Shown piece by piece: positions 25,981-35,869 of a stretch of 64,000 bases of DNA. Both the position numbers and the translations under genes were made by a program. Source of the stretch: Alphaproteobacteria bacterium (GTDB taxonomy: Bacteria > Pseudomonadota > Alphaproteobacteria > MPNO01 > UBA830); contig OZ251539.1 of assembly GCA_965243135.1 (NCBI GenBank), positions 4,352,001-4,416,000 on the forward strand, in the 5' to 3' direction. The first letter of the stretch is position 1. Every line of letters begins with the position of its first letter. Below the pieces are notes generated by a model. That model ran no database searches. It worked only from the letters and a program-made list of their open reading frames with translations, and was not told where the DNA came from.

Positions 25981-26834
25981 TGCGCGAACGCCGACATCAA
26001 TGCCCGCCGGGTCATGGCGGCGGCGAGATCGCGACGATATTCGGCCGAACCGTGAATGTCCTCGGTCGGCTCGATGCTTTCGGATACCATCCCTGCCGCG
26101 ATGCGGGCAGTCTCGGGGCCGGCTTCCATTCCCTCGAGGCTTCCTTCGACCTCGCGCATCCGGCAGGGTTTTTCGGTTGCGCCGCCGATGCCGAGGCGAA
26201 CCTCGGAGATGCGCCGCCCGTCGATACCGACCGTCGCGCAGGCCATGGCGAGCGCGAAATCTCCGGAACGGCGCGAGAATTCCGCAAAGCCTCCCCGGAT
26301 GCCCGGGGCAAGCGCCGGGAGCCGGACTTCCGAGACGAACTCGTCGGGCTGCAGGTCCGTGGTCAGCGGCCCCGTGAAGAAACCGGAAGCGGGAACGATC
26401 CGTTCTCCGCCGACGCTGCGGGCCACGATGTCCGCATCCACGGTGACCGCGAGAAGGCACCACTCCGATGCCGGATCGGCGTGGGCGACGCTGCCGCAGA
26501 AGGTTCCGCGCACCCGGATCGGAAGATGAGCGATATGGGCCGCGATCTCCGGCAGAAGAGTCTCGAAGAGTCCGGACGCGACCGGTTTCTCGAATGCCGC
26601 GTGACGAGCGAGCGCGCCGATAGCGAGGGCACCGTCCCGTTCCCTGACGTAGTCGAGTTCGGCAACTCCATTGATATCGATCAGGTGAGCCGGCCGAGCG
26701 AGACGGAAGTTCATCGCGGGAACCAACGTCTGGCCGCCTGCAAGAATTCTGGCTTCGTCGCCGCGTTCGGCCAACAACGCAACGATCTCCGGCACGGAGC
26801 CGGGCGCATGATATATGAAGGGTGGCGGCTTCAT
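25977..26834 (-). CDS. FAD-binding medium subunit, CoxM-like
   Basis: MKPPPF.Y, LAGGQTL, RGTFCGSVAHADPASE, RRSGDFA, DIHGSAEYR. Confidence 0.93.
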   Translation of the reverse strand: MKPPPFIYHAPGSVPEIVALLAERGDEARILAGGQTLVPAMNFRLARPAHLIDINGVAELDYVRERDGALAIGALARHAAFEKPVASGLFETLLPEIAAHIAHLPIRVRGTFCGSVAHADPASEWCLLAVTVDADIVARSVGGERIVPASGFFTGPLTTDLQPDEFVSEVRLPALAPGIRGGFAEFSRRSGDFALAMACATVGIDGRRISEVRLGIGGATEKPCRMREVEGSLEGMEAGPETARIAAGMVSESIEPTEDIHGSAEYRRDLAAAMTRRALMSAFAQ

Positions 26835-27165
26835 CCCGATCCCAAGCCTACACGAACCTGCATGCGCCGCAAGCCGAACGATCCTCCACCGCCGGTTTTC
26901 GGATTTTCGCGCGTCCGCGCTCGATCCGGACGTCACCCGCTCCCCTGTCCAGCCACGGCAGACGGCCCATTTCCAGCAAACCCAAAGGGCGCGTCGAACT
27001 TCCGGAGAAAACGCATCTGACGGCCGACATCCGGCTAAAATTTCCCGCCAGGAAATCCAAGACAGCGACCCTGCTTTTGCGCGCAGATTTCGGGGCGACA
27101 GGACGTTCCGAGACGCCTTGCAGCTACGGCTTCATAATGTCCCTCGCAATAAAAACTCGCCTTCG

Positions 27166-28149
27166 TCAGAAAAGATCCGCTTGATCAGCGCCGCTGCCGC
27201 CAAACTTTCCAGTTTCCCTTCGTCGTTCAATATTGGAATTTCTTTCCCAGAATATGCCGTCTTCATAGCCCTGTATCTTCGGATCCTCTCGGGCAGCAGC
27301 TACTCGCTTGAGAGCCCAACACAAATACTCCTCGTCGATCTCCACCCCAGACCATCGCCTGCCTAATTTTTCGGCAACGACAACAGTGGTTCCGCTCCCA
27401 AGAAAAGGGTCGAATACGAAGCCTTCTCTTTCGGAACTGGCGAGAATAAGTTTCGCAATTAGCTTTTCCGGTTTTTGAGTGGGATGATCCGTATTCTCCG
27501 GCATGGACCAAAATGGAATCGTTAAATCCGTCCAGATGTTCGACGGATACGTCAGACGATAATTGCCCGTCTCCTCTTGATCCCAGTCCTTCGGTTGCCC
27601 CATGATTCGATACGGGGCAAGAACGCGGCGTTTCAGCTTGACTGCATCCACGTCAAAATGATACCTCTCGGACTTCGTGCAAAACCACACGTCTTCCGTA
27701 TTGTTTTTCCAATTCGACTTCGCGCCGCGGCCTTTCTCGCGTTCCCATGTGATTCTGTTTCTAACGAAGAATTTATCTTCTAGTATCGGTTGGATTATTG
27801 CAGAAGTCATCCAATCCGAACATGCATAAATCGTGGCATCGGGTTTAAGCATATGGTCCAAAGATTTCAGCAGGTCGGCGAACCAGCGTCGATACTCTTC
27901 ATTTTCCTTTCTTCTGAACGCCTTTCCGTTGAACTTCTTCGACAAATTATACGGAGGATCCAGTATCAGCAGATCGACGAAGGATTTCGGAAAGTATTTG
28001 GCGACTTTGAACATATCCCCCGCCATGACCCGGCTTTCTATGTCTTTGCGGGAAACCGGGGAATTGACTTTGAGGATTTCGCACGACAACCGCGCGATTT
28101 CTTCCTCGGTGCACGACAGGGTTCGATTCCTGGAAGCGCGGTCCGGCAT
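27166..28149 (-). CDS. Site-specific DNA amino-methyltransferase (N6A/N4C, beta class), orphan
   Basis: DPPY motif IV precedes HPTQKP and DPFLGSGTT motif I; visibly lower GC than the flanks. Confidence 0.92.
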   Translation of the reverse strand: MPDRASRNRTLSCTEEEIARLSCEILKVNSPVSRKDIESRVMAGDMFKVAKYFPKSFVDLLILDPPYNLSKKFNGKAFRRKENEEYRRWFADLLKSLDHMLKPDATIYACSDWMTSAIIQPILEDKFFVRNRITWEREKGRGAKSNWKNNTEDVWFCTKSERYHFDVDAVKLKRRVLAPYRIMGQPKDWDQEETGNYRLTYPSNIWTDLTIPFWSMPENTDHPTQKPEKLIAKLILASSEREGFVFDPFLGSGTTVVVAEKLGRRWSGVEIDEEYLCWALKRVAAAREDPKIQGYEDGIFWERNSNIERRRETGKFGGSGADQADLF

Positions 28150-28521
28150 ATGAATTCCTGCGTCGTGAAAAACCGGCGGCGATTGTCGGAGGCGGCTAAA
28201 CCAGTATAACTCGCCCGGTCACGGATTTCTACGGATCTACCGCTCCGGGCGGCGCCAGCCTGCCGGGTCGAGAGTCGGCGAAGCTGTCCGCTCCCGAACG
28301 GGCCGCGATTCGTTCTCGAAACGGGTGTCGCGCTCCTGAAGGAGCAACGTCGGCCTGGAGCTTTCAGCGCCGCCTGGACGGCTGGCGTATCGAACCCGAA
28401 TCCTGCATCGTCGCGCCGGTCAGCTGACGAGACGCGACTTGCGGAGATTGACGAGTCGAAGGGGCATGCAATGGCTATCAATTTGGGCGACTTGGCGATC
28501 GTAGACAGCAGCGCGGACGGC

Positions 28522-28668
28522 ACGATCAGGCATAGTGACGGCTCCAACAGCGGCACGTTCTACGATGTACGTCTGACGGGAGCGGGCGGGAACTTTCCTG
28601 CCGCTCGCGTACGATCAGGCATAGTGACGGCTCCAACAGCGGCGATGTACGTCTGACGGGAGCGGGCG
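28522..28668. repeat. Two-copy direct repeat (67 and 58 bp; copy 2 lacks ACGTTCTAC)
   Basis: ACGATCAGGCATAGTGACGGCTCCAACAGCGGC[ACGTTCTAC]GATGTACGTCTGACGGGAGCGGGCG at 28522-28588 and 28611-28668. Confidence 0.9.
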
Positions 28669-28871
28669 TCCGGGCGGAAACGGACGCAAGCTATCCGCAC
28701 GGCCATTGCGGCGAAGATGGGTGCTGCCGACCGCGCCCGTGGCGGTAGGGCCGCCCCATTAGGGTAAACTCATGGATGACATGCGGCCGTTTCGTCCACG
28801 AGAACGCTCGGCGCTGCCGGGGGCTTTTCGGGGCGATTTCCAGAGATGAACCAAACGGAAGGTCCCGGCAA

Positions 28872-29735
28872 ATGAAAATCGTCGATCTCTCCCACAAGAT
28901 GAACATCCATACCCCCGGCTGGGTCGGCTACGCCGGAAACAAGATGTACTACGAGCAGAACCTCCAGACGAAGAGCATCGTCGCCCAGAGAATCGAAACC
29001 GCCCTCCACGTCGGCACTCACATCGATGCGGCTCTTCACGCCACGGACGGACGCGAGGACATCGCCTCCTACGCGATGTCGTTTCTGGTCAACCACGGCG
29101 CGGTGGTCGACATCTCCGGCAAGGTGAGCGACTGGGACGTCATCACCCCCGACATGCTCGAGGCCGCCCCCGTCGAGATCAGGGACGGCGACATCCTGAT
29201 CCTGCATACGGGCTGGCACCGCTACTACGAAGGCCAGCCGCAACAGGATCTCGTGCGTTATTTCTGCATGCACCCGGGCGGCAAGGTCGAACTCCTGGAA
29301 TGGATGATGGACCGGAAGATCAAGTGGTTCGGCATCGACGCCGGCTCGGGCGACCACCCCATGAACACGACCATCCGCTACATGCGGCCCGACCTCGCGA
29401 AACGCTTCGAAAAGAAGGTCGGCATGAGCTGCAAGGAATTCTTTCCAGACTACACTTACGAGCACAAGCTGTCGGGCCGGCTCGTCGAAAACAACCTCTT
29501 TCCGCTCCACAACTACGCCTTTCAGGAAGGGCTGATCCATGCGGAAAACGTCGGAGGCGACATCGGAATGGTGCTCGACCGGCGCGGCATCATCGGCGCG
29601 TTTCCCTGGAAATACGAAGGTCTGGAGGCGTGTCCCTGCCGGATCCTCTTCATCACCGAAGCGGGAGACGGAGATATAGAGGCTCTCGGCAGCGCCGCGC
29701 CGGGACCCGACGGACGGCTGGTCTCCGAGCGATAG
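28872..29735 (+). CDS. Cyclase family (kynurenine formamidase / isatin hydrolase-like) metal hydrolase
   Basis: IVDLSH, HVGTHIDA, GDILILHTGW, GIDAGSGDHP, IHAEN. Confidence 0.9.
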   Translation: MKIVDLSHKMNIHTPGWVGYAGNKMYYEQNLQTKSIVAQRIETALHVGTHIDAALHATDGREDIASYAMSFLVNHGAVVDISGKVSDWDVITPDMLEAAPVEIRDGDILILHTGWHRYYEGQPQQDLVRYFCMHPGGKVELLEWMMDRKIKWFGIDAGSGDHPMNTTIRYMRPDLAKRFEKKVGMSCKEFFPDYTYEHKLSGRLVENNLFPLHNYAFQEGLIHAENVGGDIGMVLDRRGIIGAFPWKYEGLEACPCRILFITEAGDGDIEALGSAAPGPDGRLVSER

Positions 29736-29764
29736 GCTCGTCGCCGGTCGGGATATCGTCCCGC

Positions 29765-30310
29765 TCTCCGGAGCCTCGACCGCCCGCGGCGCCCGGACAC
29801 GCTGTACGCCGCGGCCGTGGCTCTTACCGGTCAGGACCGCCAGGCGATTCCCTCCGGTCGCGCCCGCGTAGAGCTGATTCCTTTTCGGCGCGCCGCTGCG
29901 TCGGAACGACGACCGCAGGACGTCCCCGGCTCCGGCGACTGCGCAGGCCGACATATCCGCCAAAACGATGGACGGCCCCGCGCACTCCGCCGTCGCCTCG
30001 CCGAATTCGGCGAGGCAGCCGATATCGCCGTTGCGGGCACCCCTGTCGTTCTCGGTCCGCAGGACCTTGTCGCCGGACGCGAACGTTCACCTGAAACGCT
30101 CCGTCTTGGAGTCGCCGGCAGGGGCGGCCTGCAGCTCGACGTCGAGCGAGCGGACTCGCCGCGGTTCCCGGGACGCAGGACCCGAGATCTCGCGCACGGG
30201 GTCGAAAACGCCGCGATTGCGGACGAGGACCCTCGACTCCGCAGCGTCCGGATTTTCCGCCGACGCGAAAGAAAGGCCGCTCGCCCGACGGCCCGGCTGA
30301 TCGTTCCAAA
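29765..30310 (-). pseudogene. recD2: Decayed C-terminal fragment of a RecD2-like helicase
   Basis: Across frames: FDPVREI..RSLDVELQAA..TERFR*TFASGDKVLRTEND..NGDIG / PAVVVP / RNQLYAGATGGNRLAVLTG / VSGRRGRSRL. Confidence 0.75.
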
Positions 30311-30457
30311 CCGCGCCAACCCGGCGGGCGCGTTCCAACCGTCCGCCGCCCGACCCGCGCGGCATCCGGAATTTTTGACAACGGACGGCCACTCCTGCAA
30401 TCATCGGCGATCCGCCGCGACCTGGCGGGAGCGGCGGCTCTGTCAGGGAGGGAAATC

Positions 30458-31528
30458 ATGAAACGCCTGTTTGCAATCGCGCTGGCGGTCGGCCTCGCGG
30501 CCGGCGCGCCGCCGTTTTCCGCCGCGGCCGACGATCTTTCGGCCGCCTTCATCTATGTCGGACCGGTCGGCGATGCCGGATGGACCTATCGTCATGACCA
30601 GGGGCGTCAATGCCTGGAGAAGAAGACCGGCATCAAGACGTCCTTCGTGGAATCGGTGCCGCAGGCAGCCGATGTCGCCAACGTCGAGAAGGACTTCCTG
30701 GCCCAGGGATACGACTTGATCTTCGCGACGGCCTTCGGCTACCAACCGTTCACCCAGCAGGTCGCACAGCAGAATCCCGACAAGCATTTCTTCGGGATCA
30801 CGCCGACGATCGCGCCTGCGGACAACATCCTGAACTATTACGGCAAGCTCTGGGACGGTCGTTACCTCACGGGCATCGTGGCCGGGCGGATGACCAAGTC
30901 GAACGTCGTCGGCTTCGTGGCCGCCGTCCCGATTCCCACCGTCATCGCGGGAATCAACGCGTTCGCTCTTGGCGTCCGTTCGGTCAACCCGAAAGCCACG
31001 GTGCGCGTCGTCTGGACCCTTTCGTGGTACGACCCGCCCGCGGAAAAACAGGCCGCCGTAGCCCTCGTCGAAGGCGGTGCCGACGTGGTGGCACAGCATC
31101 AGGACACGCCGTCTCCCGTTCAGGGCGCGGCGGAGAAAGGCGCCTGGGCGATCGGTTCCGAATCCGACATGACGCGGTTCGCGCCCGGCAAGTACCTTAC
31201 CGGCACGGTCTGGAACTGGTGTCCGTTCTATCTGAAAGCCCTCGAAATGGTGAAGGCGGGGACTTTCAAGCCCGGCGAGTTCTACGGAGGACTGAACGAC
31301 GGCACGGTATCGCTTGCGCCAATGAACGAGGCCGTTCCCGAAGAAGTCGTAAAGCTCGTGGAAAGCAGGAAGCAGGGCTTGATGGACGGAAGCTTCGATT
31401 ACTGGAAAGGACCGATCAAGGACAACAAGGGCAATATCGCGGTCGCCAAGGGCAAGACCCTCGGGATTTCCGACATCAACGGCATGAAGTGGCTGGCGGA
31501 GGGAGTCGTCGGAAGCCTTCCGAAGTGA
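30458..31528 (+). CDS. BMP-family ABC transporter substrate-binding protein (purine/nucleoside type)
   Basis: FIYVGPVGDAGWTYRH, YLTGIVAG, INAFALG, SWYDP, DVVAQHQD. Confidence 0.92.
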   Translation: MKRLFAIALAVGLAAGAPPFSAAADDLSAAFIYVGPVGDAGWTYRHDQGRQCLEKKTGIKTSFVESVPQAADVANVEKDFLAQGYDLIFATAFGYQPFTQQVAQQNPDKHFFGITPTIAPADNILNYYGKLWDGRYLTGIVAGRMTKSNVVGFVAAVPIPTVIAGINAFALGVRSVNPKATVRVVWTLSWYDPPAEKQAAVALVEGGADVVAQHQDTPSPVQGAAEKGAWAIGSESDMTRFAPGKYLTGTVWNWCPFYLKALEMVKAGTFKPGEFYGGLNDGTVSLAPMNEAVPEEVVKLVESRKQGLMDGSFDYWKGPIKDNKGNIAVAKGKTLGISDINGMKWLAEGVVGSLPK

Positions 31529-32992
31529 ATGGCCGCTGCGGCGGAACGCCGTGACGCCCTCGTCGAGATACGGGGCGTCACCAAGCGTTTCGGACGACTG
31601 CTCGCCAACGACGACGTATCGATCACGCTGCCTGCCGGCCGCGTGATCGGACTTGTCGGAGAGAACGGCGCCGGCAAGTCCACGATCATGAACGTACTGG
31701 CAGGCATCTATCTGCCCGATGTCGGCGCCGTCGCCGTGGCGGGCCGCGCGCTGCCGCCGGGCCGGCCAAAAGCCTCGATTCATGCCGGCATCGGAATGGT
31801 GCACCAGCAATTCAAACTGGTGCCCACCCTGACCGGCCTCGAAAACATCCGGCTTGCCCTGCGGGGAGCCGATGCGCGCGGACTGCCCGAGCGCATCGGC
31901 CGCGACATGTCGGAACTCGGCTTCGATGTCGATCTCGCGCGCCCGATCTGGCAGCTGACGCTCGCGAACCGGCAACAACTGGAAATCCTGCGGACGCTGG
32001 CGACGGGCGCGACCGTGCTCATTCTCGACGAGCCCACGTCCGTGCTGTCTCCGCCGGAAACCGTGCGGCTGATGGGCATCGTCCGGCGCGTCGCGGAGGC
32101 CGGCCGATGCGTCGTCCTGATAAGCCACAAGCTCAGGGAAGTGTTCGGCGTCGCGGACGACGTGATCGTAATGCGCGCCGGCCGCGTGGTTCACGAAAGC
32201 GCCGTGGCGCGGACGGATCCCGAGACCCTGGCGCGGCATATCGTCGGCGACCGGAAAATGCCCGGCCGGCACCGGCCGCCGGACGCAGCCGGCGAAAGAG
32301 CGTTGCAGGTGGATAATCTGTCGGTCGACGGCGACCATGGAGCGCCCGCGGTGCGCAACGTTTCGTTTTCGGTTCGAAAAGGGGAGATCGTGTCGATCGC
32401 CGGCGTTACGGGCAACGGTCAGAGCGAACTGATGGAAACCTTGGGCGGCCTGCGTCCGCATCGTTCCGGCAGCATCGCCGGACCGGGCAGCGGCTACGCC
32501 TATATTCCGGCCCAGCATCTCGGCACGGCCCTGGCGCCAAGCCTTTCCGTCGCGGACAACGCGCTTCTGGGCCATCACCGCGGGCCGCCCTTCGGCCGGT
32601 GGATGAAGCCCCGCCGGGTGCGAGACCACGCGAGGCGGGTGATCGAGGCCTACGACGTATCCGCCGATCTCGACTCGGTCGTCCGAAGACTGTCAGGCGG
32701 CAACCTGCAACGAGTCGTGCTGGGCCGCGAACTGCTGAACGATCCCGATCTGATCGTCGCCGATTATCCAACGCGCGGACTCGACATTGCCTCCGCCGCG
32801 CAAATCCGGTCCGCCCTCGTGGCGCGCGCCGCCGCCGGCGCCGCGGTCCTCGTGTCGAGCGAAGAAATCGAGGAGTCGCTGGAAATCGCCAACCGCATCC
32901 TGGTGTTCCACGGAGGCGGCATCGTCGCCGAACGCGACGCCGGCGAACTGAGCGCCGAAGAACTCGGCCAATTGATGACGATCGGCGCATGA
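31529..32992 (+). CDS. ABC transporter ATP-binding protein (two domains, CUT2 type)
   Basis: GENGAGKST, ILDEPT, SHKL, LSGGNLQ, PTRGLD. Confidence 0.95.
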   Translation: MAAAAERRDALVEIRGVTKRFGRLLANDDVSITLPAGRVIGLVGENGAGKSTIMNVLAGIYLPDVGAVAVAGRALPPGRPKASIHAGIGMVHQQFKLVPTLTGLENIRLALRGADARGLPERIGRDMSELGFDVDLARPIWQLTLANRQQLEILRTLATGATVLILDEPTSVLSPPETVRLMGIVRRVAEAGRCVVLISHKLREVFGVADDVIVMRAGRVVHESAVARTDPETLARHIVGDRKMPGRHRPPDAAGERALQVDNLSVDGDHGAPAVRNVSFSVRKGEIVSIAGVTGNGQSELMETLGGLRPHRSGSIAGPGSGYAYIPAQHLGTALAPSLSVADNALLGHHRGPPFGRWMKPRRVRDHARRVIEAYDVSADLDSVVRRLSGGNLQRVVLGRELLNDPDLIVADYPTRGLDIASAAQIRSALVARAAAGAAVLVSSEEIEESLEIANRILVFHGGGIVAERDAGELSAEELGQLMTIGA

Positions 32993-34065
32993 AGATCCCC
33001 CGCCTGCGTCTCGAGCCCCGGTTCGACGAAATGGAGTCGCTCGAGCGGGCGCTGCGTACGGCGGTCGGCATATTGCTGGCCCTCGCCGCGGGCGCCCTGT
33101 TGCTGTGGGTTTCCGGATACGATCCGGCAGTCGCCTACCAGGCTCTGTTCCGGGGATCGTTCGGTTCGCTCCGGGCGGCGTCCGCGACCCTGAACAAGTC
33201 CGTGCCGATCGCGCTTTGCGCCTACGGCATCGCGCTGGCCTATCGCGCCAACCTGTGGAACGTGGGAGCCGAGGGGCAATTGTATTTCGGGGCGTTCGCC
33301 GCAGCGGGAGTCGGTCTGCACCTTCCGGGCGACACGCCCTCCCATATCGCCATGCCGCTCTACTTCGCAGCCGCCATGGCGGGCGGAGGCGTCTGGGCGG
33401 GAATCGCAGGCATGCTTCGCGCGCATCTCGGCATGAACGAGATCCTGTCGACGCTGATGCTGACCTACGTCGCCATTCTCTGGGTCGACTATCTCGTCAT
33501 AGGCCCCTGGGTGGATCCGCTCGCCTTCTCGTTTCCTTTCTCTCCTCCGGTCATCGAGGGCGTCCGGTTGGGAACTCTCTGGAACGCCGTGCATTACGGC
33601 CTCCTGTTCTCGTTGTCGGGCGCGGTTCTTCTCCATCTCGTCGACCGCGGTTCCCGGTGGGGCTACGAGCTGCGAGTGACCGGCAGCAGCCGCCGTGCGG
33701 CGCGGTACGGCGGCATTCGCGAAACGCGGATCACCGTCGCCGCCTTGGTCGCGGCGGGCATGGCCGCCGGCCTGGCCGGAGCCGTGGAGGTGTCCGCATC
33801 CACCTCGCGGCTGCAATCGGGCCTGTCGCCCGGCTACGGCTTCATGGCCATTCTGGTCGCCTGGCTGGCGAACGGCAGGGCGTTCGGAATTCTGATCGCC
33901 TCGGTGTTCTACGCCGGCCTTCTCAACGGCGGCTTCGCGTTGCAGGTGTCGAAGATCCCGCCGGCGATCGGCACCATCCTGCAGGCGGGCCTGCTCATCG
34001 CCGTCCTGAGCGTGGTCGGGCTGGCCAGCTACCGGCTGCGCCCCGTGCGGGAAGGCGCTCCATGA
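32989..34065 (+). CDS. ABC transporter permease
   Basis: WNVGAEGQ, NEILSTLML, GYGFMAILVAWL; hydrophobic; ATGA coupling. Confidence 0.92.
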   Translation: MKIPRLRLEPRFDEMESLERALRTAVGILLALAAGALLLWVSGYDPAVAYQALFRGSFGSLRAASATLNKSVPIALCAYGIALAYRANLWNVGAEGQLYFGAFAAAGVGLHLPGDTPSHIAMPLYFAAAMAGGGVWAGIAGMLRAHLGMNEILSTLMLTYVAILWVDYLVIGPWVDPLAFSFPFSPPVIEGVRLGTLWNAVHYGLLFSLSGAVLLHLVDRGSRWGYELRVTGSSRRAARYGGIRETRITVAALVAAGMAAGLAGAVEVSASTSRLQSGLSPGYGFMAILVAWLANGRAFGILIASVFYAGLLNGGFALQVSKIPPAIGTILQAGLLIAVLSVVGLASYRLRPVREGAP

Positions 34066-34988
34066 GCGTCGAACTGCTCCTCGCGGCGGCGCTGGTGTCG
34101 GCGACGCCCGTACTGTTCGCCGCCCTGGGCGAACTCCTGACCGAGCGGGCCGGCGTTCTCAACCTGGGACTCGAAGGAACCATGTTGGTAGGCGCGGTCT
34201 CCGGGTTCGCCGTCGCGACGGTCACGGCGTCGGCGGCGCTCGGAGCGCTCGGCGCGATGGCCGCCGGAGCTGCGTTCGGACTGCTTTTCGCCGTGCTGGC
34301 GATCACCCTGCGCCTCAATCAGGTGGTCACGGGACTTTCCCTCACGATCCTCGGAACCGGCCTGTCCGCCTTCGCAGGAAAACCTTTCATCGGAGTCCCG
34401 CCGAAGGCGACGGTGCAGAAACTGGACCTCGGCATCCTCTCCGATCTTCCCTTCGTCGGCCCCATCCTGTTCGCGCAGGATCCGCTGGTCTATCTCGCCA
34501 TCGCGTTGACGGCCGCGATCGCCGTTTTCCTGAACAGGACCCGAGCGGGACTCGTTCTCAGAACGCTCGGCGAGAGCCCCGACGTGGCGGACGCGCTGGG
34601 CCATCCCGTCGCCGCGTTGCGCTATCTCTACGTCATGGCCGGCACGGCGCTGGCGGGGCTTGGCGGCGCCTATCTGTCCCTTGCCTTTACGCCGTCATGG
34701 ATCGAGATGATGACGGCGGGGCGCGGCTGGATCGCGATCGCCCTCGTCGTCTTCGCCGTATGGCGGCCGTGGTGGGTTTTCGCGGGCGCTCTTTGCTTCG
34801 GCGCAGTGGACGCGTTGCGCTTCCGCGCCCAAGTCAGCGACGAATTGTTCCTCGACGTCCATTTCTTGAGCATGCTACCCTATCTTGCGACGATCGCGGT
34901 GCTGGCGTTCGTCAGCCGGGGAAGCGTGCGCCGCCGGCTCGGCGTGCCGTCGGCCTTGGGAATCGCGTTCGATCGCGAACGGCGCTAG
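34062..34988 (+). CDS. ABC transporter permease
   Basis: GELLTERAGVLNLGLEG, GRGWIAIALV, LPYLAT. Confidence 0.92.
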   Translation: MSVELLLAAALVSATPVLFAALGELLTERAGVLNLGLEGTMLVGAVSGFAVATVTASAALGALGAMAAGAAFGLLFAVLAITLRLNQVVTGLSLTILGTGLSAFAGKPFIGVPPKATVQKLDLGILSDLPFVGPILFAQDPLVYLAIALTAAIAVFLNRTRAGLVLRTLGESPDVADALGHPVAALRYLYVMAGTALAGLGGAYLSLAFTPSWIEMMTAGRGWIAIALVVFAVWRPWWVFAGALCFGAVDALRFRAQVSDELFLDVHFLSMLPYLATIAVLAFVSRGSVRRRLGVPSALGIAFDRERR

Positions 34989-34996
34989 GAGGCGTC

Positions 34997-35764
34997 ATGC
35001 GGGCATACGTTTACGGAGAGCCCAGAGAGCTTCCCGGCGGATTCGAGGAGTTCGTCGATCCGTCGCGTTCCGTCGTCGTGTCCATCGACATGCATCAGGG
35101 GCACCTCGCTGACACCCCCGATTGCCCCTGCCCCGCGCCCCGGGCGCGGGCGATCGTTGCTCCCATCGACCGGTTTCACGCCGCCGCGCGCCAGCTGGGC
35201 GTTCCCGTAATTCATGTCAGGTCGGTGCTCCGCAAGGGAGGAGTCGACGACATCAACGGCGTGAAATCGGCATGGCGGATGGTCTTTCCGTTGTTCGTCG
35301 GAGATATCCCGAATTCCGACGAGCACGCCATCGAGGGTACGCGCTGGACGGAATTCGCGACCGAGGTGAAAGAAGACGACCTCGTCGTCCAGACCAAGAA
35401 ACGGCTTACGGCCTTCTACCCGTCGGATCTCGATTTTCTGCTGCGCAACATGGGCGCGCGCACGATCGCGATCAACGGCGGCATGACCGATTGCTGCGTG
35501 CTCAACACGGCCTTCGACGGCAGCAATCTCGGCTACCGGGTCGTGGCCCTGCGGGATCTCGTTCGCGGAACGAACGAGGAGATGGAGGAAGCGGCGCTGA
35601 AAATGCTGTCCATTCACCTGGGTCTGGTAATGGAGAGCGAGGATCTGCTGTCGGAATGGCGCGCCGGGAGAGGCGGACTTTCGGCCCGAGGAGACCGTGA
35701 ACCGTCAGCGCGAATCTCCGGCTCCGCCCGGCAACGGAAAGGCGCGATTCGCGGCGAAGCCTGA
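34997..35764 (+). CDS. Cysteine hydrolase (isochorismatase/nicotinamidase family)
   Basis: SIDMH, KKRLTAFY, GGMTDCCVLNTA (D-K-C triad). Confidence 0.9.
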   Translation: MRAYVYGEPRELPGGFEEFVDPSRSVVVSIDMHQGHLADTPDCPCPAPRARAIVAPIDRFHAAARQLGVPVIHVRSVLRKGGVDDINGVKSAWRMVFPLFVGDIPNSDEHAIEGTRWTEFATEVKEDDLVVQTKKRLTAFYPSDLDFLLRNMGARTIAINGGMTDCCVLNTAFDGSNLGYRVVALRDLVRGTNEEMEEAALKMLSIHLGLVMESEDLLSEWRAGRGGLSARGDREPSARISGSARQRKGAIRGEA

Positions 35765-35869
35765 AACCTCGCTCGCGGTCGCAAGCGCGACCGAACTTCT
35801 TGGAGGCCGAGCGAGCTGTCCGAACGGCGATGCGTCGGCGCGATTCCCGACTAAAACCGCGGACACCCG

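Noticed and set aside
28522-28668. CRISPR array
   Set aside because: Only two long copies with an indel, one 22-bp gap, and no cas genes.
15842-30089. TGA-to-Trp recoding (TGA at expected Trp positions in two remnants)
   Set aside because: Both remnants also carry frameshifts, many intact genes end in TGA, and TGG is used for Trp throughout.
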